Source of the DNA: Strigamia acuminata
Lineage: Eukaryota
Direction of reading: 5' to 3'
Length of the DNA stretch: 64,000 bases
Assembly: GCA_949358305.1 (NCBI GenBank)
Contig: OX442314.1
Coordinates: 24,366,001-24,430,000 of the forward strand
Shown here in pieces: positions 25,800 to 38,913 of this stretch. A program made the translations under genes and the position numbers. Numbering within the stretch: the stretch's first letter is position 1; every line of letters starts with the position of its first letter. The notes under the pieces were generated by a model. The model saw only the letters and a program-made list of their open reading frames with translations. It had not been told where the DNA came from and did not search any database.

Positions 25800-28700
25800 T
25801 TTGTGGGCTTTTCCTGATTAGGATTACTTCCTTTTTAACTCTTGAAGAATTAAGTTTGTTTTTTTTGCTCCAAAACGTCCCAAAACGCCTGAAAATCGCG
25901 CAACTCGAGGCAAAACATTACAGTGTGTATTCAAATCAAAACTAGCTACAAATACATGCTGAAATTAGCTAAATTTTCAAATTTTTTGGCTTTCAAGAAG
26001 TAATGGAAACATTTGACATAACGTGGATCAGTTGCATTCAAAAACTAAAATATTTTGTGTTTTACTTCAATTTTAAACTAAAAATGATGTCATTTTCTGT
26101 TTAAACCCCTGTTAAAGCTTGAAATACATTTTAACTAAAAGAAATAAGTTTGTTTTTTTCTTCGGCAGTGACGTGTACACACGAGCACGCCTGAGAACGC
26201 CAAAAAATGCTAAAAAAACGCTCAAAAACGCCTGAAAATCGCGCAACTCGAGGCAAAACATTAATTTTTCATCTTTATTTCAACTTTTGTGACGTTTAAA
26301 ATTGTGTTCTCATGTTTTTTGCCTCAAGTTGCATTGTCATCTGGCGTTTTGGAGTGTTTTTATGTGTTCGCAGGCGTTCGCAGGCGTTTTTTGGCGTTGT
26401 CACTCACTCAAGTGGCCAATTTTAGCATTTTCCGTAGTAAAAATGGCCGTTTTTCGTCAAAATGGCCATTTTTAGCCATTTTTCAGAGTAAAAATGTTTT
26501 TTTTTCACCGTTTTTATAGTAAAATGGCCATTTTTAGTCGTTTTTTTAATCAAAAATGGCCGTTTTTATCGTTGAAACGTTATTAAAATGTAACGTTTCA
26601 ATGGCGTTTTGATCTCGCCTCATTTCCGGTTTTGAAAATTAATAAACGCCCCGGCGTTTATTCGAGGCAACACCCAACTTGGGCTTTTATTCGCGTCGCA
26701 CCGCATCATCATCTCACCTTGCCTCCCGTCTTGAAAATTTATAAACGCCCCGGCGTTTATTCAAGGCAAACCATTGTTTATGTAAGTTTTTCCTGATTAG
26801 GGTTACTTCCTTTAGAAGAAACACGTTTATTTCTTCTCGCTTAATCTTGAGTCGTGATCTCGCCTCGTTTCTGGTCTTAAAAATTAATAAACACCCCGGC
26901 TTTTATTCAAGGCAATACGGTACGTTTATGAAACCCAACTTGGGCTTTCATTTTAAAAAAAGCGCGTGTTCTTACGTCGAACTAAGAGATACAGGTGAAT
27001 TAGCAACGCCTAATTTGATTTAATAAATAAAGCAAACAACATCTCGCCTCACTTCTGGCGTTTGTTCGAGGCAAGCCATTGTTTTTGCATTTTTTTTCCT
27101 GATTAGGGTTACTTCCTTTTTAACTCTTGAAGAAATAAGTATGTTTTTTTTACTCGGCAGTGACGTGTACGCGCGAGTACGCCTGAGAACGCCAAAAAAT
27201 ACTCCAAAACGCCTGAAAATCGTGCAACTCGAGGCAAAACATTAATTGTTTATTTTTGTTTCAACTTTTGTAACGTTTACAATTGTGTTCTCATGTTTTT
27301 TGCCTCAAGTTGCATTGTCATTTTGCGTTTTGGGGCGTTTTTAGGCATTTTTAGGCATTTGCGGGCGTTCTTGGGCGTTTTTTGGCGTTGTCATTCAATC
27401 AAATAGCCATTTTTAGCCATTTTTACCCATTTTTCATAGAAAAATGGTCATTTTTAGCCGTTTTTCATCCAAAATGGCCGTTTTTCATCCAAAAGGGCCG
27501 TTTTTCATCCAAAATGGAATAATTGTTGTGTCCGGATTTTATGTCATTTATTGTCTTAATTAAAGTTAACAAAGTGTCTTTAATTTTTGCTTTTCTTGAA
27601 TTTCAGCTTTTTAGATATTTTTACATATTAAACTTTCATTTTTTGTGATTTATTAAAAGTTACAGTGTTTTCATGAATTTTAGTGTCTATGATATTGATA
27701 TTATCTTTATTCATTGCTATTTAAAGTTTTATTACTTCTCTGTGTCTTATTTCTTTAATTCTTGCTCATTTTGTGTGATTTTGGATGATTTTTAGTGCAT
27801 CCGTCGATTTACAGATCACTTGCGTAAGACGCGTGACGTCATATTTCTTAATCTAGTTCGGTTGTGTTCAAACTTCTAACCTTTTGTTTGGACCTTATTC
27901 TTGTGTTATGGATAGGTTTTAGAATTGATTTAGACTAATTTGGGGGTGATCTGTCGATTGGTTTGCTTTATTTTTGTCCCGGAACGGTCGTTTTGTCGTT
28001 TCGAGCGTTTGTTGTCGGTACGCACTTGTGCGCTGCTGACCGAGTTCATTCCGTTCGGCAAACGATTATTTTCAAGTGTTCTTTTAATAAATAGTGCTTT
28101 TGTTGTAGGAAATTACATTTCCTAATGTTATTTTATTCAATACAGTGTGTATTCTTGATTTTATTCTTGTGTTGAAATTCAAATGTCGTGTTTTGCCGCT
28201 CTAGCGGATTTGAAGTGGGCGCCATGTTGGATTTCCCCGCTAATTTCTTTATTTATCCATTTCATTTGTCTTTTTGAAAATGAATAAACGCCCCGGCGTT
28301 TATGCGAGGCAAGCCATAGTTTTTGTAGGTTCTTTCCTGATTAGGGTTACTTGTGACGTGCACGCGCGAGCTCGCCTGAGGACGCCAAAAAAAGCTCAAA
28401 AACGCCCCAAAACGCCTGAAAATCGCGCAACTCGAAGCAAAAAATTACAGTTTGAATTCAAATCAAAACTAACCACAAATACATGCTACAATTAGGTAAA
28501 TTTTCAAATTTTTTATCAATAAATGATGACTTTCAAGAAGTATGACAACATTTGACAAAATTTAGACCAGTTGCATTTAAAAACTAAAATATTTTGTGTT
28601 TTACTTCAATTTTAAACCAAAAATGACGTCATTTTTTGTTTAAACCGGCGTTTATTTGAGGCAAACACGCCGCTGAGAACGCCAAAAAATGCTCAAAAAC

Positions 28701-30030
28701 ACTCCAAAAGACCTGAAAATCGCGCAACTTGAGGCAAAAAATTAATTTTTCATCTTTGTTTCAACTTTTGTGACGTTTAAAATTGTGTTTTCAAGTTTTA
28801 TGCCTCAAGTTGCATTGTCATCTGGCGTTTTGGGGCGTTTTGGGGCGTTCGCAGGCGTTTGCACGCGTTTTTTGGCGTTGTCACTCACTCAAGTGGCCAT
28901 TTTTAGCCAATTTTCGAAGTAAAAATGGCCTTTTTTTATTAAAATGGCCATTTTCAGCCATTTGTCATAGTAAAAATGGCCATTTTCAGCCATTTTTTAT
29001 AGTAAAAATGGCCATTTTTCATCCAAAATGGCCGTTTTTCATCCAAAATGACCATTTTTATCATTGACACGCTATAAAAATGTAACGTTTCAATGGCGTT
29101 TTGACGGAACCGGTAAGTTTTGAAATTTCCCGTGTCCCGTTATTGTGACTCCTCGTCCGGTTTCTCAGAACCGAAACCCTAATACAGGTGAATTAGTGAC
29201 GCCTAATTTGTTTTAACAAATAAAGCAAACAACATCTCGCCTCACTTCCAGTCTTGAAAATTAGTAAACGCCCCGGCGTTTATTCGAGGCAAGCCGTTGT
29301 TTTTACAGTAATTTCCTGGTTAGGGTTATTTTTTTTTTAACTCTTGAAGAAATAAGTTTGTTTTTTTCTCGCCTGCACGCGCGAGCTCGCATGAGAATGC
29401 TAAAAAATAAGCAAAAACGTTCTAAAACGCCCCAAAACGCTTCAAAATGCTCCAAAAAGCCTGAAAATCGTGCCACTCAAAGCAAAAAATTATGTTCGCA
29501 TGTTTTTTGCCTCAAGTTGCACGGTTATCTGGCGTTTTGGTGCGTTCTTGGGGCGTTTTGGTGCGTTCTTGGGGCGTTTTCGGGCGTTTTTTTGGCGTTG
29601 TCACTCACTCCCACACTTTGCTGTCTTGTTTATTACAATTTGGTTTAGCTGTTGTATTTATTTTTATTTGTTTTATGGTTATTTAATGTGTTTTTGTAGC
29701 ATTCAAAATGTTTTGTTGCCTAATTTCTCGTTTTGGCGCCAACTGTTTGTTTGACAACGCCGTGTCAGAATTTAGGGATGATTCTGCTTTGGTTTCTAAT
29801 TAAAAAAAAAATGTTGTTTTAATTTCAATTGTAACTGCTTATTATAACGTTATTATTAGTATTTTGTAAAGGTTCATTCTTTTTCCATGTTAATAAAAAA
29901 TGAAGTAACTTTCGGTGAAAAAAAAAACAGTTAAATGCGGATCAAAATTAAACACACACGAGAAGTTTAATAAACGTCCCGGCGTTTATTCGAGGCAATA
30001 CGGTACATTTGTGAAACCCAACTTGGAACC
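25800..30030. repeat. Mosaic of 4-5 diverged modules with internal hairpins, aaaatggccattttt repeats and Tc2-like end motifs (copy at 42181-46411)
   Basis: Recurrent aaacgccccggcgtttattcgaggcaa, cctgattagggttacttcc, gcaactcgaggcaaaa/ttttgcctcaagttgc, and ...ggcaatacggta at ~26910 and ~29993. Confidence 0.8.
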
Positions 30031-31290
30031 CGAAAATAACGTGGGGCCGTCTGAACACCTGGATTTGAATTTTCGTCTACGCGCGCGCCGACGCATGGGG
30101 AATGCGGGGTGGGGTTCCTTCCCAGTGTTCCGAACGAGTCAATTTCACCCCGAAAATATCCCGAAATTGCTGATACATGCATTTCGAGCCAGAAATATTG
30201 ATCTTCATGTAAATTTTGATTGTTTAGCTTTTTTTTGAAATTTTACAAATTTTTCTCATCTCCTGCCTTCCTCGCTCATTTAACACCAAAATGGCCTGCA
30301 TTGAGGATTTTTCCCATAATCCTTTTCACACGTATGGAGCGCAAACAGTCGCAATAAATGAAATCAGCGGAATTCGGCCTTGAGTTTGCGACGCCATCTT
30401 GAATACGAGTAACAGCACAGTATGGTGTCAATTATTCGAACTGATCGTAAGGCATGGGACAAAAATTGATTAAAAACGAACAAACATGATTAAAAATCAA
30501 CAAAAATCGACTGAAATCGGACAATAATCAATTCAGAATGACAAATAACGATTAAAATTGGCAAAAATTGTCACAAATAGAGAAAAACCGATTAAAAATC
30601 AGCAAGAAACCAATAGAAATTGATAAAATCAAATAAAAATTAACAAATATCCATTTTGTTTGCTTTTAAACAAATTAAGAACTTTGAAAACACACGACAA
30701 TTTTAAACAGTAAACACCGGGGTCAAATAAGCGCCGCTACTCGTTTAAACACCGGGGAGGTGTTAGTGAAGTGCCTCGAGTGGAGAAATTAATAAACGCT
30801 CGAGGCACCACGGTAGGCTTATTAAACACAAAATATGAAACGCTCGATCTTCAACAGGCGCACACGCCCGAGAACACCTCGGCATGCCTCAGCACTCTCC
30901 AAGAAACGAGAAAAACCAAGGCAAAAAAAAAAAAAATACACCAAAATTAGGACTAAAATCAAACACACATGGGGCCCGGAAGATTGATAACATCCCGGCA
31001 TATATTCAAGGCAGTACGCCATGTTTTTTCCACCATTTTGTAAGTTTATTTCAATATTCATAAAGTTTATTGCTTTTTGTATCATTAGTAGTATTCCCTT
31101 GTGTGATGTGGTTTTATAAATATCACACACAACTGCTTCTGCTGTTTTCTTCACGTTTATGCTTCGTGTATGCACGTGAAGCCCTCGCACATCTTTTGAG
31201 CACCTGTACACATTTGGACACGCTCAAGGTGCTACATCGCGCGCTCAAACGCACTAGATCGCGCGCGCAAACGCGCTACATCACGCATAT

Positions 31291-31682
31291 TAGGGATAAG
31301 AACAGACCGGGATAGGGACTGGACTGGTAATGTTTGCCCTATGCGGATACGGGACGGGACGGGATTACAGTTGCTAAATTCGTACTGCGAGGCGGAGACA
31401 ATTTTCTAATTCCAGTTGTTATTTATCACTATTAAGCCTAATATTGAGCCTGATAATGCTAAAATAAAGTAAATAAACAACAACAACAAACTCATTATTA
31501 AAAGTAAATTACACTGTATGACCAAAATATTGTTGTTTCTTTACTTTATTTTAGCATTATTAGGCCTAATATTAGGCTTAATACTGATTTATTTCAATTA
31601 TGCAATCATACGCGCGTATTACGCTAACGTAATGGACCCGGGACGGGTCGGGACCCGAAAATTGGTCCCGTTCTCATCCCTA
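31291..31682. mobile_element. hAT MITE nested in unit 1
   Basis: ACGCATAT|TAGGGATAAGAAC ... GTTCTCATCCCTA|ACGCATAT: perfect 8-bp TSD; palindromic interior. Confidence 0.9.
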
Positions 31683-32439
31683 ACGCATATATATATCGCA
31701 GACATATCGCGCCCACGACAAAGCACAAACCCATGGCAGTCACCAAAGAATATTTACGCCGCTTCCACGCACGTTTTATTTTCTCACAGGCCTCTACACA
31801 TTTAACTTGCGCGCGCACTTGCTACGTGCTCGTGTGGTCACAATAAATACCTAATTTTCATTAAAATAACGAATGAACGAAATCACTTCAACCACACTTG
31901 CTACGGTCGACGCATCGACGGCGATTCGCATGCGTTACCCCAAATACCGATAAAAAATCGCAGAAAACACTAATCCCGACCCAAAAACCGCCAAAATTAC
32001 CCTCAACACACGCCAACAACCTTCCACCACTTAAATTACACCGGAAAAAAACAATTTCAAACCGAAAAATCAACAAAAAAGGCCAAAAAAATATTGCAAA
32101 CAAAGAGAAAAGATCAATTATCGAGGCAAATCCCCACCACAAAACAACGCATCGCCGGTATACACTTAAGCGTACAGTGCACAACACTACTGTTTATTTT
32201 CAATGATCCAATAAATAAAATTTGAAACAAAGTTGAGTGGAATTGTACGTTTCTTGTATATTAAAGTTTTTATTTTGTTTGTTTACACTTAATTTTTTTT
32301 TTCCATCATAGAATGGCGACTCGATACTTTTGTAGCTCGAATTCACTTCGTAAACGTGGTCGGTGTTCATCACGCGTCAATGCGCTCGTGCAATAGTATA
32401 GGCGCGCATACGATTTGATGCGCGCAAGACTTGCAAAAC

Positions 32440-32920
32440 TTGCACGGAATTTGGGCAATTTTTGACAAATTTCAGCAGATTTTTGCCTGTATTTGACAAA
32501 TTTCAGAAGATTTTTGCCTATATTTGACAAATTTCAGAAGATTTCCTCAATCCTCAAACATTTGCTGAAATTTCTCATAAAATTTCTAAAATTAATTGAA
32601 ATTTGTCTGAAATTTGTCTGGAATTTGTCAAATATTGTCAAAAATCCGTGGAAATTTGTCAAATACTGGCAAAAATCCATGTAAATTTGTCAAAAATTGC
32701 CATAATTCGGTGCAAATTGTGTTAGATATTGGAAAAATTTATTTTAACGCTTCCAACGCGCCAGTAAATCGCGCGTGCACACGCATGGATTTTTCGTCAT
32801 AGTTGGATGCGCGCAAACCTCACGTAACTTGCGCCAAAATTTGGCAATTTTTGACAAATTTCAGCAGATTTTTGCCAGTATTTGACAAATTTCCACTGAT
32901 TTTTGACAATATTTGACCCA
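32440..32920. repeat. 31-bp degenerate minisatellite in direct and inverted blocks within the palindrome arm
   Basis: tttgacaaatttcagcagatttttgcctgta-type units at 32461, 32492 and 32523; inverted units at ~32620-32700. Confidence 0.8.
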
Positions 32921-33689
32921 ACAACTGCGCCACGTTCCAGGCGCCGGTTTAGGCATTTTAGACCCGTTTTAGACCGTTTTAGATGGCGAAAACGTTCTCT
33001 CCATCATTTTCTACCCCTGGGTGAGGTTTTCAGCGTTCATGATTGATGAAAAAGCTGTTTTCTAACTAGCTGTCCCATTGCTAGTTTTGGCGTCAGGTTT
33101 TAGCAACCTTCCGATCCGACTCTGTCGTCTGCACGACCTCCAAGACTGTTTTAGGGTTAATTTGAGTCAAATAATTCATTCTGGGGGTTGTTTTGGGTTT
33201 TTTACAAGTGTGTTTTTGTAGTTTTTATTGGTTTCAAACATTGTCAATTCTTTATACAAGTGTAACTTTCATTTCTCTGTATTTTGAGAACTTTGCATTG
33301 CAGCAAAGTTCATTTCTTGCCCCTTAATTATTGTGTAATTGTTGGTTTTCAAGCCCGTTTTTTAACAATAACTTTATTTGAAGTGCCTATTGTTTCAGGC
33401 ACGTGCTTCCACGTGCCTTTTATTGTTGAGCAATTTCTTGGGCAGTTGCGCTCCTGTTGCTAGCATTGCCGCGCGTTCTCCGCGCGTGTACTCGCGCGTT
33501 TCGCATCACACACATTCGGGTTCGATGGCCTATCGCGGCGGCACATTGTGTGGCATAGCGCGGCACGTTGCAATTACGTGACGTGGCACGTTGCTGTTAC
33601 GTGACGCGATAGCCAGTATTTAAGCAGGGGATTCCATCATCGTTTACACAAATGCGCATTGCAACGTGGAGGCGCATTCGAGTCCTTTT

Positions 33690-35370
33690 CCCAAGCGAAA
33701 TCGTATTCGATTCGCTTTCGAATCGAATACGAGTTTTGTCCTTTTTCAACGCGAAATCGTATTCGATTCGCTTTCGAATCGTATACGAGATGGTCGATGA
33801 TTTTTGTTTCCCGGACTTTGATTCGTATTCGAGTTGTTACGAGTTCGTATTTTGATCGTATTCGTATTCGAATCGAATTCGAATCGTATTCGAATCGAAT
33901 TCGAATCGTATTCGAATCGAATACGAATCGAATTCGAGTCGTATTCGAGATGGTCGATGATTTCCACTCGCTCGTATACGCGTTGTATACGAGCTCGTAT
34001 TTTGATCGTAATCGTAAACGAATCGTTTACAAGTCGTATACAAGTTGTATACGACGTGTATACACCTCGTATACGAACGAAGTTTGGAAAATCCACCGGA
34101 TACTTACTACGACATGAAAACACATAGTAGTCACATACGTCTTATTTGGAAATTGTGTTTTCACAAACTTCGTTCGTATACGAGGTGTATACACGTCGTA
34201 TACAACTTGTATACGACTTGTAAACGATTCGTTTACGATTACGATCAAAATACGAGCTCGTATACAACGCGTATACGAGCGAGTGGAAATCATCGACCAT
34301 CTCGAATACGACTCGAATTCGATTCGTATTCGATTCGAATACGATTCGAATTCGATTCGAATACGAATACGATCAAAATACGAACTCGTAACAACTCGAA
34401 TACGAGATAGTCGATGACCCGTTCCCGGACTTTGACTCGTACGACTCGTATTCGAGATGTATTCGAGATGTATTCGAATCGTATTCGAGTCGCATTCGAG
34501 ATGGTCGATGATTTCCACTCGCTCGTATACGCGTTGTATACGAGCTCGTATTTTGATCGTAATCGTAAACGAATCGTTTACAAGTCGTATACAAGTCGTA
34601 TACGACGTGTATACACCTCGTATACGAACGAAGTTTGGAAAATCCACCGGACACTTACTACGACATGAAAACACATAGTAGTCACATACGTCTTATTTGG
34701 AAATTGTGTTTTCACAAACTTCGTTCGTATACGAGGTGTATACACGTCGTATACGACTTGTATACGACTTGTAAACGATTCGTTTACGATTACGATCAAA
34801 ATACGAGCTCGTATACAACGCGTATACGAGCGAGTGGAAATCATCGACCATCTCGAATACGACTCGAATTCGATTCGTATTCGATTCGAATACGATTCGA
34901 ATTCGATTCGAATACGAATACGATCAAAATACGAACTCGTAACAACTCGAATACGAATCAAAGTCCGGGAAACAAAAATCATCGACCATCTCGTATACGA
35001 TTCGAAAGCGAATCGAATACGATTTCGCGTTGAGAAAAGGCAAAACTCGTATTCGATTCGGATGCGAATCGAATACGATTTCGCGTTGAAAAAGGATAAA
35101 ACTCGTATTCGATTCGAAAGCGAATCGAATACGATTTCGTGTTGAAAAAAGGCAAAACTCGTATTCGATTCGGATGCGAATCGAATACGATTTCGCGTTG
35201 AAAAAGGACAAAACTCGTATTCGATACAAAAGCGAATCGCATACGATTTCGCGTTGAAAAAGGACAAAACTCGTATTCGATTCGAAAGCGAATCGAATAC
35301 GATTTCGCGTTGAAAAAGGACAAAACTCGTATTCGATTCGAAAGCGAATCGAATACGATTTCGCTTGGGA
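33690..35370. repeat. 56-bp hairpin satellite (GATTC/GAATC variant) flanking two ~400-600-bp hairpin modules
   Basis: Unit cgagttttgtcctttttcaacgcgaaatcgtattcgattcgctttcgaatcgaata; module loops at ~34092-34157 and ~34642-34708. Confidence 0.9.
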
Positions 35371-37351
35371 AAAGGACTCGAATGCGCCTCCACGTTGCAA
35401 TGCGCATTTGTGTAAACGATGATGGAATCCCCTGCTTAAATACTGGCTATCGCGTCACGTAACAGCAACGTGCCACGTCACGTAATTGCAACGTGCCGCG
35501 CTATGCCACACAATGTGCCGCCGCGATAGGCCATCGAACCCGAATGTGTGTGATGCGAAACGCGCGAGTACACGCGCGGAGAACGCGCGGCAATGCTAGC
35601 AACAGGAGCGCAACTGCCCAAGAAATTGCTCAACAATAAAAGGCACGTGGAAGCACGTGCCTGAAACAATAGGCACTTCAAATAAAGTTATTGTTAAAAA
35701 ACGGGCTTGAAAACCAACAATTACACAATAATTAAGGGGCAAGAAATGAACTTTGCTGCAATGCAAAGTTCTCAAAATACAGAGAAATGAAAGTTACACT
35801 TGTATAAAGAATTGACAATGTTTGAAACCAATAAAAACTACAAAAACACACTTGTAAAAAACCCAAAACAACCCCCAGAATGAATTATTTGACTCAAATT
35901 AACCCTAAAACAGTCTTGGAGGTCGTGCAGACGACAGAGTCGGATCGGAAGGTTGCTAAAACCTGACGCCAAAACTAGCAATGGGACAGCTAGTTAGAAA
36001 ACAGCTTTTTCATCGATCATGAACGCTGAAAACCTCACCCAGGGGTAGAAAATGATGGAGAGAACGTTTTCGCCATCTAAAACGGTCTAAAACGGGTCTA
36101 AAATGCCTAAACCGGCGCCTGGAACGTGGCGCAGTTGTTGGGTCAAATATTGTCAAAAATCAGTGGAAATTTGTCAAATACTGGCAAAAATCTGCTGAAA
36201 TTTGTCAAAAATTGCCAAATTTTGGCGCAAGTTACGTGAGGTTTGCGCGCATCCAACTATGACGAAAAATCCATGCGTGTGCACGCGCGATTTACTGGCG
36301 CGTTGGAAGCGTTAAAATAAATTTTTCCAATATCTAACACAATTTGCACCGAATTATGGCAATTTTTGACAAATTTACATGGATTTTTGCCAGTATTTGA
36401 CAAATTTCCACGGATTTTTGCCAATATTTGACAAATTGCAGACAAATTTCAGACAAATTTCAATTAATTTTAGAAATTTTATGAGAAATTTCAGCAAATG
36501 TTTGAGGATTGAGGAAATCTTCTGAAATTTGTCAAATATAGGCAAAAATCTTCTGAAATTTGTCAAATACAGGCAAAAATCTGCTGAAATTTGTCAAAAA
36601 TTGCCCAAATTCCGTGCAAGTTTTGCAAGTTTTGCGCGCATCAAATCGTATGCGCGCCTATACTATTGCACGAGCGCATTGACGCGTGATGAACACCGAC
36701 CACGTTTACGAAGTGAATTCGAGCTACAAAAGTATCGAATCGCCATTCTAGTATGGAACAAAAAAAATTAAGTGGAAACAAACAAAATAAAAACTTTAAT
36801 ATACGAGAAACGTACAATTCCACTCAACTTTGTTTCAAATTTTATTTATTGGATCATTAAAAATAAACAGTAGTGTTGTGCACTGTACACTTAAATGTAT
36901 ACCGCAGTACAAGTACCGCGGTCCCGGTACTGCACCGGTACACGTGAAAACGCGAGTTTCTCAAATTTAAAAAGTTGATGTCGGCGGCGATGCGTTGTTT
37001 TGTGGTGAGAATTTGCCTCGAGAATTGATCTTATCTCTTTGTTTGCAATATTTTTTTTGGCATTCTTTGTTGATTTTTCGGTTTGAATTTGTTTTTTTCC
37101 GGTGTAATTTGAGTGGTGGAAGGTTGTTGGGGTGTGTTGAGGGCAATTTTGGTTATTTGTTGATTTTTAATTGATTTAATCGTTTTCTGTTTGTTTTTGC
37201 TGGTTTTTAATCGATTTTTCTGTATTTTTGGTCAATTTTTACCAATTGTAATTGTTATTTGTCATTCTGAATTGATTATTGTCCGATTTTATTCGATTAT
37301 TGTCAGATTTCAGTCGATTTTTGTCGATTTCTAATCAATGTTTATACATTT

Positions 37352-38172
37352 TGTCGCGTCCTACTTTGTATAGGTTTAAATAGCGCTAACGTGTAATACT
37401 TTACCTGTGATCAATTATGCAAATACCCAAATGAATACCAAATGTATGTAAATAAACAGTTAATTTATTCACCAGGCTTTATGCCTTTAAAATACACTCA
37501 GTAATAATTCTAGAGTCGACGTGGTCAGCGTCGAACAAAGGATTTCTCAAGATGGCGTCGTCGATTCCGCGTGGTCGGCGGAACAAAGGCGGCGTCTCGA
37601 GTTGTCGTTAATTCGTCACGGATTCGTCTTCACGGACGCGGTGGAATGCTCTCTCGAGTCTTCTATCCGTGCCTGTTGTCTAGGTTTTGGTTTAGCGTCG
37701 CAGAGGCCTCGTCTAGGAACTTTGGGGTTCCTTACAAAGCACTCGGACACTCACTTCGGCGAATAATCGTCTGGGCGATTATTCTGGGTGATTTCACAAG
37801 GGCTATTCTCGTGCTTTCGCAGGAATAGCTCGCAAGTGACTTCGTGAGAGTTACAGTTTGCACTTTACTCAGCGATCCTCGATCAATCCTAACTTGTAGT
37901 TGAAGTTGGCCTGACGGTGAGGTAGTTGCTGTGTTCTTGGTGTCGTTTGTGTAAGTTCTGACTTTAGGCGGGAAACACAGCCTTTTATGCAGTGGGGTGA
38001 AGGGCCGGCGATCAACCAATGGGGGCTGACCACCAGCCGCTTCCTCCCCCTCGGGGCACACACCTGCCATGGGGAGGTGGAGCCAACTCGGGGGGGAACG
38101 ACTCTTCAATCACAGTGACTCAGAGGACAAGTATCCGCTCTGGGGGGACACTTATCCAACTGGGTCACCACA
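37352..38172 (-). mobile_element. Solo LTR (Gypsy-like, 821 bp) nested in unit 1
   Basis: ATTT|TGTCGCGTCC ... GGTCACCACA|ATTT: TG..CA termini, short imperfect IR, 4-bp TSD. GC-richer than flanks. Strand is tentative (AATAAA near the minus-strand 3' end). Confidence 0.8.
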
Positions 38173-38249
38173 ATTTCTTATCAAGTTTTGTATATTTTTG
38201 TTGATTTTTAATCATATTTGTTCCTTTTTAATCAAAGTCGAAAACGAGT

Positions 38250-38589
38250 TGTAAATGCGTTCGTATGCGACGCGAACGCGTATTGGAGTCGATTCCAAGT
38301 TCGTATTCCATCGCAAACGCGCATTTGAGACGTAAACGAGTTTATCTTTTTCACTCTCGCTTGATCCCCCTTTATCGCGCCTCATTGCTCCTGTGAAAAA
38401 AAATATATGAGAATGCACAGAAATGAACCTTCCAATACTTACATGAAAATTGGCAACCTTGACACAAAACAGTCTATCGACACTCCCAACACCACCCCGG
38501 ACATTTTTCGGAAGAGTTTGGTCCACCCGGAATCCGCAGAATAGTCTCCCCCGAAATGCGGATTTCGCGGACGCCAATCCGCGAAAAGG
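38250..38589 (+). repeat. Internal diverged copy of the element's right end (also 54277-54616)
   Basis: Homologous to ~40782-41122 and ends ccaatccgcgaaaagg|ATAA. Confidence 0.9.
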
Positions 38590-38913
38590 ATAAAAAATTT
38601 CCAATGTATAAACTTTATTTCTGTTTTCAGTTTCCTGATATGATTAAAGAAAATCCTAAATATTATTTCCAAACATTTATCAAATTCTTTTCAAAAGCAG
38701 TTGTGGAGGCGTCTACTACGAACGTGTCATCGTGGGCGTCAAATTTGAATATTTTTAACTTTCTGCGTTTGCACGAATTCGCAGAATTCGTCCACTGGCA
38801 TCGTGGCGACGCATGGTCGACATTTCGTATTCATATGTGACGCGCACTCTATTTACTCACGTAGAACACACGAATCGCGCGCGTCAACGCGCACATGTAA
38901 ATTTAGTTTCACT

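Larger units (their letters stand above)
31993..37150. repeat. Giant nested palindrome in unit 1 (axis ~34530)
   Basis: Mirror ORFs 33378..33581(+)/35478..35681(-) and 32493..32684(+)/36375..36566(-) share the coordinate sum 69059. Outer diverged arm ~31993-32158 pairs with ~36985-37150. Confidence 0.95.

Noticed and set aside
37521..38254. ORFs within the GC-rich 37352-38172 segment
   Set aside because: They lie inside a solo LTR and have no gag/pol motifs.
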